Origin: a virus
Lineage: Duplodnaviria; Caudoviricetes
Strand: one strand, 5' to 3'
IMG/VR virus record: IMGVR_UViG_2934156241_000002
Location: 19,954-83,953 of that record
Length of the DNA stretch: 64,000 nt
Shown in pieces: positions 18,729 to 29,100 of this stretch. The notes under the pieces are model-generated. The model was given only the letters and a program-made list of their open reading frames with translations. It did no database searches and was not told where the DNA came from. Position numbers and translations under genes: made by a program. The stretch's first letter is position 1. Each line of letters opens with the position of its first letter.

Positions 18729-19142
18729 TCAGCCGCCCGGCCCGTCGTCGCTCAGGTCCTCGGCGATCTCCCGTGGCGGGGGCGGGGCAGGGCGCTCATG
18801 GAGCTTGACGACCAGGGCGCGGAGCTGGTGGATGTATTCGACCGCGGCCGCCTTCCACCGCCTCCACTGCCGCTGTTCCTCCTCCAGGCGCTCCACGCGG
18901 TTCTCCAGGGTGGTCACCCGCTCGAGCGTCTGAGCCTGCGCCGCGCGCTGTTGCTCCAGGAGCTGGGTGAAGCCCTGCGTCACGGTCTGGACGCTGCTCA
19001 CGAAGGTCGCGGCCTCGGCGGTGCGCGTGTCCATCGTGGTCTTGTGTTTGCCCTGGCGGTATACCAGCCATCCCCCGCCCAGCACGCCCGTCATGCCGAA
19101 GAGGGGGGTGAGGACAGGCGCCAGAGAGGTGAGCCACTCCAT
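18729..19142 (-). CDS. Membrane-anchored coiled-coil lysis-cassette protein
   Basis: N-terminal TM followed by a coiled coil (LERVTTLENRVERLEEE) and a C-terminal PPPP; GAGGAGG RBS. Confidence 0.7.
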   Translation of the reverse strand: MEWLTSLAPVLTPLFGMTGVLGGGWLVYRQGKHKTTMDTRTAEAATFVSSVQTVTQGFTQLLEQQRAAQAQTLERVTTLENRVERLEEEQRQWRRWKAAAVEYIHQLRALVVKLHERPAPPPPREIAEDLSDDGPGG

Positions 19143-19249
19143 GAGCGCCTCCTCGGGTCGACGGTTGTCAGGTGGGATGCGCGGGAGCCGGGACCCTCGA
19201 AAAAGGTCCGCGGCTCCCCGCAGCCCGAACGCTGCACGATGAGGCGTAC

Positions 19250-19259
19250 TAGCGTCCCG
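19250..19259 (-). promoter_or_regulatory. Late-promoter upstream box
   Basis: CGGGACGCTA-N15-CAGCGT. Confidence 0.6.
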
Positions 19260-19289
19260 GCCTGACTACTGACCTGCGCCCGGCGCCGC

Positions 19290-19499
19290 CTACGACACGC
19301 TCGGCTGCGGGTCGGTCTTGAGGGCGGTCAGGATCTCTATGGGCTGACCACAGCGGCCGTCCGTGACGTCAGGAGTCCCATCCAGATTCGAATAGACCTG
19401 GCCGCACCCCCAGATGCGCCCGTTGTTCCGGCACCCAGTGACGTGGCAGGTAACGGTCAGGTCGTAGAAGGTGTTCGGTTCGAAAGCGATGATGGCCAT
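19290..19499 (-). CDS. Small Cys-containing protein downstream of the tail fibre
   Basis: MAIIAFEPNTFYDLTVTCHVTGCRNNG...CGQPI; AAGGA RBS. Confidence 0.6.
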   Translation of the reverse strand: MAIIAFEPNTFYDLTVTCHVTGCRNNGRIWGCGQVYSNLDGTPDVTDGRCGQPIEILTALKTDPQPSVS

Positions 19500-19513
19500 G
19501 AGAGTGGGTCCTT

Positions 19514-22500
19514 TCAGGAGGAAACAATCAGGAACCAGACCGAAGTCGCGGTGACATTGCCTCGGCTGATCCAGACGGTGAGACCGTCGTTGGTGACGTT
19601 GGTCACTGTGACCTCGTTGACAGTGCCGGGCACCTGACTGTTCGCGGTCACGAAAGCGCGGTGCACGCTTCCGGGTAGTGGGCCGAGTCCCGTCACAGTG
19701 AGGGACGTCGGGGTATTCGCGGCGGTCGGCGTGATGGTGACCGTGCCGGTGATGATGCAGTCCGTGTAGAACCGGCCGTGGATTGTCGTCTGGTCGGCTG
19801 CGATGTCCACCGACTGCACGCCGAAGGAGTCTTGAAGGGTCAGGCCGTACTCGATGGAGGTATCCACCTGCGGCCCGATGATCTGCATAGCCTGCGAATC
19901 GGGAGCCGTCGCAATACGTCCGGGTGCCTTCTCCGCTGAGGCGCCCGTATGCAGGTACAGATTGCCGTCTGATCCGAGCTTGATCCGGCGGCCCGACGCG
20001 GCAGTCTGCACGGTGGAACCGGTGATGGTCTTGCCGTTGATGGCGGTCGCGTCCAGCTTGTCCGCGGTGATCGCGCCGTCCGCGATCTGCACCTGGCCCA
20101 GCACGGGCTGAATGGTGCTGTTGTCGAACTGCACGGTGCCGGCGCTCGAGTCGTACGTCGCCAGGCGGATCTCGACCGTGACCGTGCCCGCCGGGGCGGT
20201 GACGACACCCGCGATGGTGGACCACGCCCCCTTCGTGGGGGTGGCGTTGGTGACGAACCCGAAGACCACCCCGCCCACCGAGTCGATCCATCGGGCGTAG
20301 ATGCGGACGCTGTTGCCGTTCCAGTCGGTGGAGGGTTTCACGTCAGTGGCGAGGCGGAGCTGCTGGCCGGGCAGGATCGAGAACGTCGCAAGCTGCAGGG
20401 TGCGGATCACTGCAGTCGGGTTCACGGCGTTGACCTGAATGCTCTTGGCTGACCCGTTGCCGCTGTTCGCGATCGACCAATACGTCTGCCCGGCAACGAG
20501 CGCCGCGCCGCCCGATCCCTCGAACGAGGGGTCGGGCAACATGTTGTTGCCGCCGACGATCGCGAGCCGGTCCGCCGTGATGGCTCCCGCCTTGATGTGG
20601 GTGGCGTCGATCGAGCCGGCCGCGATCTGCGTGGCGGTGACCGAGTTCACGGCCATCTTGTCCGCCGTGATCGACAGCGCGGCCAGCTTGTCCGTGGTGA
20701 TCGCCAATGACGCGATCTTCTCCGCGGTCACGGCCAGGGCGACGAGTTTGTCGGTCGTGACGGCCCCGGCAAGGATCTTCGGAGCGGTGATCGCGCCGTC
20801 AGCGATCTGGACCCCGGGGACCACAGGCCGGACGGCCGCATTGTCGAACCAGACCTTGCCCGCTGTGCCATTCCCGGACTCGGCACGGATTCGGGCCTGG
20901 ACCGCGGTGGCGGGAGCGGCGGCGGTGGTCGTCAGCCGGGTCCAGGCGCCGCGCACGGGGGTGGTCGTGGAGGCCTTGCCGTAGCCGAGGATCGTGCCGT
21001 CCGCGGTCTCCCAGCGAACTTGGAGGTTGATCTCGGCCCCGGCCCAGTCCGCGGAGGCGTAGTAGTCGATTGCCAGGTACACCTGGTCGCCGGCGGTGGC
21101 GGGGAAGAAGGTGAGCTCGACGGACCGGTAGGCGGGTGTCGTTGACACGGCGCTGATCTGGAGAGAGGAAGCCGAGCCGTTCCCGAACGCCTTGTCCTGG
21201 GTGGCCCAGGCGAAGGGGGCGACGATCGCCGCGGTGTATGCGCCCTCGAAGCTGGGGTCGCTGAGGATGTTGCCGCTGCCGACGATGGTCAGCTTCTCGG
21301 CGGTGATGGCCCCGGCGGCGACGGCGACCGCGGTGACGGATGCGGCGGCGAGCTCGTTCACGCCGATTGCGTTCGCCGCGATCTCGCGTGCGGTGATCGC
21401 GTCTGCGGCGATCTTGGAGGCGGTCACCGCGTCCGCGGCCAGGTGGGCGGTCGCGACGGACCCGACGACGATGTTGGTGCCGTCGACTATGCCGGTCTTG
21501 AGGGCTTCTACGGTGACCGCGTCGACCTGCATCACGCCGGACCCCGACGTCGAGCCGGCTCCGTAGTTGAGCCACACCAGCGGGGAGATGAAGCGGACCG
21601 CGCTGTGCAGGACTCCCGGGGCCCGCGGGTCGAGGCACACGCCGCCGGTGCCCTGCGCTCCCGGCGCGGCCAGTCCCTTGACGTAGCCGGTGTAGGTGAC
21701 CCATCCGCCGCCGGCGGGCTGAGCGGCGGCCGAGGCCGCGCAGTAGTGCTGTGTGACGAAGTCGTTGGCGCCCGCCCGGTTGACCAGGGTTATCCCATCC
21801 GCGGCGATGCCGAGCACGCCTAGGTGCAGGGTGTCGGTGCCTGTGGTCGTTGCCGCGGTGGTCCGGACCCGCATTGACACCCGGTACAGGACGTCGGGGT
21901 CGTAGGCGATCTGCACGGCGCCGCGCAGCGCGGTGTGGCCGGTGGCCTGGCCGACGGTCTGCCCGGTCCGGGCGTCCAGGATGCCGGAGAGGTAGTCCCA
22001 GCGGGCGGTGGGGGCCTTGGTGAGGATCTGCCAGGCCGCTGGGTCGGCCATCGTGTCGACGTAGCGTTGGGCGGCCAGATCGCTGACGGCTCCACCGAGC
22101 GCGTTGAGCGTGACCGCGCCGGCGCCGATCTTGTCGAGGGTGACGGCGGCCTTGGCCAGCTTGTCGGCGAGCACCGCACCGTCGGCGAGTGCGGTGGTTC
22201 CGACGGCGCCCAGTGCGATCTTTGCCTGGGTGACGGCGGATTCGGCGAGTTTCTTCTCGTCGATGATTCCGTCGATGAGGTCCTGCGGTACGGCCTGGCG
22301 CGGCGTTCCGGCGGTGGCCGCGGAGGGCGGGCCTGTCATCGCCGCGGTGTTCGTCGCGACGAGGCGCGCCCACACCGTGGTGTAGCCCTCGACGGCGATG
22401 GTTGCTGAGCCGCCGTGGGGTGCGCTGATCGTGGCGGCGATCGTGGACAGGTCAGGCAGGAAATCGGGGCCGGTGCGGCTGACGTGGATCTGGATGGTGG

Positions 22501-22825
22501 CGTAGTCGGCGGGGGTGACGTCGGAGTCGGCCCACAGGCCGTCCCACGTGATGACGAGACCGGCCAGGGTCTCCTCAACGGCCGGAGGGGTCGGGGTGGG
22601 TGGCGGCGCGGAGTTGACCGCGACCAGGGCGACGGTGCCGTCGCCCTGAACCCCGAGCGAGGCCCGCAGGTTTCCGTCGTCGTCGTACACATCGAGGGAC
22701 CCGGACTCGATGCTCGCGTTCGTCAGGGGATTGGAGCCCTCCAGGGCCGCGAGGCGCCGCTCCAGGCCCCGGAGGTACGACGCGAATGCCTTGCTCTGCT
22801 CGCGCTCGTCGAGCCGAAAGTCCAC
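19514..22825 (-). CDS. Tail fibre / receptor-binding protein
   Basis: Start re-called at GTG 22825. LERRLAALE coiled coil, FN3-like segment, 10-aa (I/V)TAxKxAA repeats, two CBM-like modules beginning NxLxDPSFEG. Confidence 0.8.
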   Translation of the reverse strand: MDFRLDEREQSKAFASYLRGLERRLAALEGSNPLTNASIESGSLDVYDDDGNLRASLGVQGDGTVALVAVNSAPPPTPTPPAVEETLAGLVITWDGLWADSDVTPADYATIQIHVSRTGPDFLPDLSTIAATISAPHGGSATIAVEGYTTVWARLVATNTAAMTGPPSAATAGTPRQAVPQDLIDGIIDEKKLAESAVTQAKIALGAVGTTALADGAVLADKLAKAAVTLDKIGAGAVTLNALGGAVSDLAAQRYVDTMADPAAWQILTKAPTARWDYLSGILDARTGQTVGQATGHTALRGAVQIAYDPDVLYRVSMRVRTTAATTTGTDTLHLGVLGIAADGITLVNRAGANDFVTQHYCAASAAAQPAGGGWVTYTGYVKGLAAPGAQGTGGVCLDPRAPGVLHSAVRFISPLVWLNYGAGSTSGSGVMQVDAVTVEALKTGIVDGTNIVVGSVATAHLAADAVTASKIAADAITAREIAANAIGVNELAAASVTAVAVAAGAITAEKLTIVGSGNILSDPSFEGAYTAAIVAPFAWATQDKAFGNGSASSLQISAVSTTPAYRSVELTFFPATAGDQVYLAIDYYASADWAGAEINLQVRWETADGTILGYGKASTTTPVRGAWTRLTTTAAAPATAVQARIRAESGNGTAGKVWFDNAAVRPVVPGVQIADGAITAPKILAGAVTTDKLVALAVTAEKIASLAITTDKLAALSITADKMAVNSVTATQIAAGSIDATHIKAGAITADRLAIVGGNNMLPDPSFEGSGGAALVAGQTYWSIANSGNGSAKSIQVNAVNPTAVIRTLQLATFSILPGQQLRLATDVKPSTDWNGNSVRIYARWIDSVGGVVFGFVTNATPTKGAWSTIAGVVTAPAGTVTVEIRLATYDSSAGTVQFDNSTIQPVLGQVQIADGAITADKLDATAINGKTITGSTVQTAASGRRIKLGSDGNLYLHTGASAEKAPGRIATAPDSQAMQIIGPQVDTSIEYGLTLQDSFGVQSVDIAADQTTIHGRFYTDCIITGTVTITPTAANTPTSLTVTGLGPLPGSVHRAFVTANSQVPGTVNEVTVTNVTNDGLTVWISRGNVTATSVWFLIVSS

Positions 22826-22885
22826 GCTGTGCCCCCTGCCGCTCCTGTGGTGGTCAAGGGCGGCAGGGTGCGCGGTGGGCGGGGC

Positions 22886-22895
22886 TAGTGTCGCG
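22886..22895 (-). promoter_or_regulatory. Late-promoter upstream box (tail fibre)
   Basis: CGCGACACTA-N15-CACCCT. Confidence 0.7.
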
Positions 22896-22901
22896 GGCTG
22901 G

Positions 22902-24101
22902 TCAGCCGTAGAAGTCGGAGCGGGTGAGGCTGAGGACGGCGACGCCCTCGGCCGGATCGATCTCCTCGGCGATGATGCGGTGCCAGATGGCCATTTCGCC
23001 GATCCACGGCACCTCGACCTGGACGAGAATGCGGTCACCGAGCGCCCAGCTGCCGAGCCCGGCGTTGAGGTGCTGACGAATCGCGATGGACGGCACGACC
23101 AGCCGGGCGGAGTGCTTGGCCCGCTCCGTCTGCCCGTAGGACGTCAGTGTTTTGAGGTTCGCGGTGGACTTTCGGCTGATGACCCGGGCGCGGCGTAGGC
23201 GCTTGTCGTCGATGACGACTCGGGCCCGCGCTGTCTTCTGCCCGACCCCCTTACCCAGGACGTAGACCTGGTTGGCGTAGAAGTCGCCCGGCCCCTGTGG
23301 AGTGGCCTTCGCGATGATGTTCTCGCCCTCAGCGAAGCGGAGGTCGGTGCGGGCTCGGCCCAGGCGTTTGTTGCCCAGGTCGATGTGATGCAGCATCTTC
23401 TCCTTGGTGCCGTCCCACCGGTGGCTCTCGGTGTAGTCGGCCTTCGCCAGGTTCATCACGTCCGTGATCACGGCGCCGCAGTCAGGGTTCTCCCACCACA
23501 GCAGGTTCCACGGGTCCTCGCCGTTGCTCGCGCCGAGCAGGTAACCCGAATCGTGCTTGTCGATGGTGAGACCGAGTGAGCCGTGGTGATAGCTCTGGAG
23601 GTGACCCCAGATTTCGCGGACGACGTCGTATGCGTCCCATCTCGGGCTGATCTTGTCCTTCGGCCGCGGGGGCATCTTCCGCTTCGGGCTCGTCTTGTCG
23701 ATGTACCCGTCGTGGTTCTTGTCCTTCCCGTCGTACGCCCACTTCTGCGGGATCTTGATCCCGGCCTGGATGGACCGGCCGAAGTACGGCATGCCGTTCG
23801 GGTAGGCGGTGTAGCCGGCGCATTCGACCTTCACCGACTGGCCCTCGTACGACAGATTCGTGACGATGCCGCCCCATCGGATCTTTCCGTTGAACTCGGC
23901 GAACAAGGACGTGCCCCACTCAGCGAAGAGCGGCAGGCCGTCCGGCTTGGCCATCAGTCGGGAGTACTCGGGATTGATCGTGCCCTGCATCAGTCCTGGC
24001 CCGTTCAGCTCGCGACGCGGGACGCCGGACGCAACGAATGGAACGTCCCAGTCCAGGAAGTCGCCGGTCGTGGTGCGCTGTGCGATGTACCGCCAGGACA
24101 T
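22902..24101 (-). CDS. Minor tail protein (baseplate hub/Tal-like)
   Basis: RELNGPG...IRWGGIV...ANQVYVLGKG...LGDRILVQ; position in the tail-tip cluster. Confidence 0.78.
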   Translation of the reverse strand: MSWRYIAQRTTTGDFLDWDVPFVASGVPRRELNGPGLMQGTINPEYSRLMAKPDGLPLFAEWGTSLFAEFNGKIRWGGIVTNLSYEGQSVKVECAGYTAYPNGMPYFGRSIQAGIKIPQKWAYDGKDKNHDGYIDKTSPKRKMPPRPKDKISPRWDAYDVVREIWGHLQSYHHGSLGLTIDKHDSGYLLGASNGEDPWNLLWWENPDCGAVITDVMNLAKADYTESHRWDGTKEKMLHHIDLGNKRLGRARTDLRFAEGENIIAKATPQGPGDFYANQVYVLGKGVGQKTARARVVIDDKRLRRARVISRKSTANLKTLTSYGQTERAKHSARLVVPSIAIRQHLNAGLGSWALGDRILVQVEVPWIGEMAIWHRIIAEEIDPAEGVAVLSLTRSDFYG

Positions 24102-25063
24102 CAGGCCGCCACCGGTGCCTGCGAGAACGTGATCTCGGCGGACAGCGTGGTGCCGGTGTCCGCGCGGATCAGCCCAGTGGCCCCCACGCTGCCGATCCCC
24201 TCGATGCCCACGGGCATAACGGTGCCCCGGGCCTCGGGCGGGATCAGGAACGTGTGTCCGGCCTGAAGCGTCAGCCGGCCCGCTGCCTCGGCCAGGTACG
24301 GCATTCCCGGGCCCTGCTGGTCACCTGCGTACGCGCGCAGCTCTCCGCGGGCCAGCACGGCATCGGGGTGCGTAAGGCCGGTGGTCTGCGCGTGCACGGT
24401 GACGTGGGTGGCCCACTCCGGCACGGTCTGTTGCCACAGGGCGCCGAGCGGGTACTGCTCCCAGGCATCCGTGATCGGGCCGAGGTCATCGGCTGTGGGC
24501 CACGCTGCGTACAGATACTCGCGCCGGAACTCCGAGCGGGGCCGGGCCATCCGGCGCAGGTCAACGATCAGGCCGGCGGTCACTGAGGGCGTGGACGCGG
24601 GAAGGTCGATGCGGGCCAGAGTGATGGCGGTGGAGTCCGGCTCGATGTCCTGGACGCTCGTGGTGCCCGGTGGCACGTCCGGGATGACCCGGGTGAAGAC
24701 ATACGGGCCGATCGCCGGGTCCTCCGGCTCGGGCCATACCTCTCCGCCGTAAGGGTCCTCAATCCGGGCAACGATCAGGTCGCTGCGGGGCCCGTCCGCG
24801 GCGGTCGGCTCGATGTCCACCGATTCAGTGGTGGCCATGCGGGCGGCGTAGGACTGCGAGCCGCCCGCCCCCCGGCGTTTGGCGATCATCGCCCCAATGG
24901 ACACCTGAACGCCCGCGCCGGGGAGTTCAAGCGCAGAGACCCGCAAGTCGGTGGGGCCGATGATGCCCTCACCGCCACCGGCCGCCGCGTCCACGATCAG
25001 CCGCAGCGTCTCCTCCGAGGCCGCGGTGCCCTCGACGAACCAGGGGATTCCGTCCCATGCCAT
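24101..25063 (-). CDS. Minor tail protein
   Basis: PRSDLIVARIEDP...ITLARIDLPAST...IVDLR pattern of actinophage minor tail proteins. Confidence 0.78.
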   Translation of the reverse strand: MAWDGIPWFVEGTAASEETLRLIVDAAAGGGEGIIGPTDLRVSALELPGAGVQVSIGAMIAKRRGAGGSQSYAARMATTESVDIEPTAADGPRSDLIVARIEDPYGGEVWPEPEDPAIGPYVFTRVIPDVPPGTTSVQDIEPDSTAITLARIDLPASTPSVTAGLIVDLRRMARPRSEFRREYLYAAWPTADDLGPITDAWEQYPLGALWQQTVPEWATHVTVHAQTTGLTHPDAVLARGELRAYAGDQQGPGMPYLAEAAGRLTLQAGHTFLIPPEARGTVMPVGIEGIGSVGATGLIRADTGTTLSAEITFSQAPVAA

Positions 25064-25114
25064 GTGTGCCTCCGAATCGGATCAGGTCCGCGGAGGCTGG
25101 CCTGCTGGTGGGCC

Positions 25115-25124
25115 TAGCGTCGCG
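25115..25124 (-). promoter_or_regulatory. Late-promoter upstream box
   Basis: CGCGACGCTA-N15-CAGCCT. Confidence 0.7.
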
Positions 25125-25127
25125 GGC

Positions 25128-26180
25128 TCACCACCCCGCGAACGCATCCCGCCAGATGATCTCGACGCGAGGTCCCTGCTTCTGCGCAGTTGTCGTGCGG
25201 GTGTAGTCGAGCCGGGCGTGCCACGTGCCGGGTGGAATCGTCATCTCGGCCAGGCGCGGGCTCGCCCGCGTCAGCTTGTGGGCAACGGACGAATAGCTCC
25301 CATTCGGCAGGTACTTCACCACGGTCCGCGCGAAGGAGCGGGCATCGATGGTGACGTACTCCCCTGACTTCAGCGTCAGGGCGAGCTGGACAGCCCACCG
25401 GTCGGTCAGCGTGATCTTCGGGTTGGCGCACGGCCCATGGATTGTGATGATCGGGTACGTGGACAACTGCCCCGCCTGCACGATGCTTGCCGTACGGCGT
25501 GAGTTGCCCGGGTCCCACGGCTCGATGGGGTGATGCGATATGACCCGGCCGGGCACCGGTCGCATGTACCGAAGGGGGTACTCCCACAGAGTGGCCGTCT
25601 TCTCCGTGACGTCCAGGAACTTGTCGTCGATTGCCACGAAGTCCGCGACGACCGGCGTATACCCCTGGCTGGACAGTTCGCCGCCGCCCTCAGCGAACCT
25701 CCGGGGCCGGCCAAACAGGAACCGTGTCCGCCCGGCCTTTCGGTGGCGCAGCCACGCGACCCGGCCAGCCCCGGCCCGGACCGAGTCTGCCCGCCACACC
25801 TGGCGCATCATCGCGATCCCGTCGGCGTTCCAACTTGCCCGGTTGCCTGTGCGCTTGAGGAGCTCCAGGATATGCGGCTCGTCCGGCCAGTCACCGATCA
25901 CCCGCCCCTTGATGATCTTGCGCGGATACGTGCGATCGGCGGGGGCGTTGACCGTGTCGATGCCGAGCTCCATCGTCACCGTGACGGAGCGCTGGTAGTC
26001 GAGCCCCAACCGCACCCCGTCCTCGCCGGGCAGTGGCTGGTCGCCGACATCCGGGTCCGCGAACGCGATCGACGGTTCCTTCAGACAGTAGATGCCGGAC
26101 CGGAACCGGCCGAAGGTGAGCCCCGCACCAGGCAGGTCGTCGCGTCCGCTGTATCCGAGGAACCAGTCGCCGTCCTTCAC
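25128..26180 (-). CDS. Distal tail (Dit-like) protein
   Basis: Directly after the tape measure; FGRPRRF, PIITIHGPCANPKI, IPPG, WRDAF. Confidence 0.78.
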   Translation of the reverse strand: MKDGDWFLGYSGRDDLPGAGLTFGRFRSGIYCLKEPSIAFADPDVGDQPLPGEDGVRLGLDYQRSVTVTMELGIDTVNAPADRTYPRKIIKGRVIGDWPDEPHILELLKRTGNRASWNADGIAMMRQVWRADSVRAGAGRVAWLRHRKAGRTRFLFGRPRRFAEGGGELSSQGYTPVVADFVAIDDKFLDVTEKTATLWEYPLRYMRPVPGRVISHHPIEPWDPGNSRRTASIVQAGQLSTYPIITIHGPCANPKITLTDRWAVQLALTLKSGEYVTIDARSFARTVVKYLPNGSYSSVAHKLTRASPRLAEMTIPPGTWHARLDYTRTTTAQKQGPRVEIIWRDAFAGW

Positions 26181-29100
26181 TGCAGGCCACCTCCGCCCAG
26201 CCTGAGGCGGCGCAGTTCGAACATGGCGTCCTCCAGTGCGTTGGCCGTGGTGCCCACGGCGCCGATGTTCAAGTTCAGGTCCCCGCCCACGAGCGCACCG
26301 CTTGCCTGGGAAACGGCGGTACGTGAGGTAGTGGTCTTGCGGACGGAGGAGCTTCGGTGCTCGAGGACGGCTCCGTTTGCGTAGCCCCGCATTGCGCCAC
26401 GTCCGGGGTAAAGGACAGTGCCGCCGAACATCTCGGCAACCCTTCCGAGGATCGCCTCGGAGCGCTTGCGCTTGGAGGGTGCGAGCGGAATGTAGGCCTC
26501 GCCTGGGTACGTTTCCGGCTCCGCCCAGAGCCGCATTTCTCCGGCCTTGGCGATCTGCGCGATGTGCTGCTCCGCGCCGTTCGCGAAGGCCTTCACCCGG
26601 CCTGCAACCTTGCGGATCCCGCCGTCGGCGTACTTTACGATTCCGCCGTCCGCCTTGGGCACGATGGACGGTGAGCCCTGCGAGGTGTACTTCACGACGA
26701 CGTTCACAGTCCGGCCAGTAAGACTGTTGATCTTCGACTGGATTGCCTGCACCTGCGAGATGGCGCTCTTGTTCGGGGCGGTGATCCGGACCGTCTTGCC
26801 GTTCGACCCATCCACCGTTTTGATCTTGTATCCCAGATCCTTCAGCGCTGCCTGGGCGGTCTTCGTCGGCGTTTTGACCTCGACCGACTTGCCCTTGAGG
26901 CCTGTGATCTTGGACTGGACGTTCTTGAGGTCTCCTGCCGCCTGCTGGATGATCGCTTTGACGGTGACGGTCTTCTTGTTCGGTGCGTTCGCGATGTCGC
27001 TGGCCAGCGCAGCGATGTTCACCCGGGCAGCGCCGGTGGGTGCTGTAACGACCACTTTCTTGCTGCCCTGGATGCGCTGCACCGTGAAGCCGAGCGCTTC
27101 GAGCTGGCTGCGGGCTTCGGCGGTGGGGGCCGTGATCTGAATCGACTTGCCCGGCTTGATGCTCTCAAGGGTTCGACGCAAGCCCAGGAACTCGGTCGTT
27201 GCTTCGCTGACCCCTTGGGTGGCCATCAGCGTCGTGATGGTGGACGGCACGAGGCCCATCTGGTCGGCGAGCGCCTTGGCCTGGTCCTTCGGGATGCCCA
27301 TGTCTCGGGCGAGCTGAATTGCCTTCGCACGGGCCTTGTCCATGGCTCCCTGCGACTTGTCCATCGCCACCGACATGGGCATGAGTCCTTGCTCGGCGGC
27401 TTCCTGCGATCTCGTGGCGACGGCGAGCATCGAATCGCGGAGCTCGGTGAGCTGAGAGTTGAGGTTCTGGCCGTTGCGCGTGGTGGTGTTGACCAGACCG
27501 TCGTTGGCGACGAGCGCCTTTCCCCACCCTTCGGCGCGGTCGATGTTCCCCTTCATCGCGTCGTCGATCTGAAGCATGACGGAGTTGAGCTGGGTCTCGG
27601 CGTCGTGGAACGACTGCGTGTTCCCGTTGAGGGAGTCGAGCGCCCGCTTGAGCGCGTCAACCCGCTCATCCGCGGACTTCGTCTTGTCCCCGAAGGTCTG
27701 CACCGCAGAGTTCAGCCGCCCGTACGCGGTCGTGCCCAGCACACCGGATCCGGTCATGGCATCGGCGAGCTGCTTGTTCTTCTTCTGGCTCTCCTCCAGC
27801 TCGCCGCGGACCTCTCCCAGTGCGTCCTTCGCCCGGATCGCGGCGAGGCCTTCGGCATCCCATCCCTTGGCCGCGCCTGTCGCGGTGGTGGCGTACTCCT
27901 CATGGGCATCGGCGGTCAGCTGCAGTTCCTTCTGCAGCTCCGCGAGCGTCTTGCCCTGACCGAGGTAGGCGTCCGTCAGGGGGCCGAGACCCACGCCGGC
28001 CTTCTGCATCATGTCGACGAGCTTGCCCTTGCCCTTGGCCAGCTCGGTGTCCTGCAGAAGCTGTGCGGCCTGGGCGCGGACGTTCGCGTCGATCGCCCCG
28101 CCGGACTGCGCCAGGGCCTGACCGAGGGCATCCACGCGTTCTTTGTGCGCCTGTGTCGCGCGGGCCGCGGCCTGCTGCCGGGAGGCCAGGATGCCCAGCC
28201 CGATCGTGACGCCGGCTATCGCGATGCCGAGAGGCCCGCCGAGCGCGGACGTGATCCCGCCGATGGCGCGGGAGGCGACACGGTTGGCTGCGCCGATGCC
28301 GCGGAGGCTGCCCGTCAGTCGGCCGGCTCCGGCCGCCGCTCCCGTGTAGGCGAGGCGCATCCGCTGCCACGCGTTGATCTGCGGGCCCATGACGCCGGGG
28401 CCCATCGTGCCGCGCATGGTGGTGCCGAGCGTGCGCACGGACGTGCCCGCCGCGGTGACGGAGGTACCGAAGCCGCGGAGCATCGTGGCGACGCCGCTTA
28501 CGACTTTCAGGGCCAGCATCGTGCCGAGGAACACCGCCAGCGCGGTGTTCGCTCCGGGGATCACGCCCATGATCGTGTTGAAGATCTGCAGCAGGCCGTT
28601 GAGAGTGACGAGCAGTACGCCGAGCCCGCTTCCGGCCGAGGACAGGTCCCCGATCGCGTTGGCTATGTTGGAGATGACGCTGACGACGGCCGGGCCGATG
28701 GTGTTGCCGATCGCGCTGAAGACGGTGCCCAGCGCGGGCCCGAGTTCGGTACGGATCTGACGGACCAGGTCAGTGATTCCGCCGTCCTGCATGGCGTGGC
28801 CGATGCCCCGCATCATGTCTCCGAAGAGCATGTTGACCTCGTGGAACACCGGCGCGGCGTCGCTGAACATCTTCTTCATGGCCTTCTGGCCGACGCCCGA
28901 ATTGGCCCAGCGGTCGAACCGCTGCATCGTTCCCTCGAACCCGTCGAACATGGCGTCGCCGGTGTCCATGGCGGCCTTCCCGACGCCGCCGAGCCCCTTG
29001 ACGAGGCTGCTGGTGGTCCGGCCGAGCTGAACGGCCTTGTCGCCGGCGTGGTCGAGGAACCTGGCGAGGCTGCCGGTTTCCCGCCCTGCCTGGACGGAGG

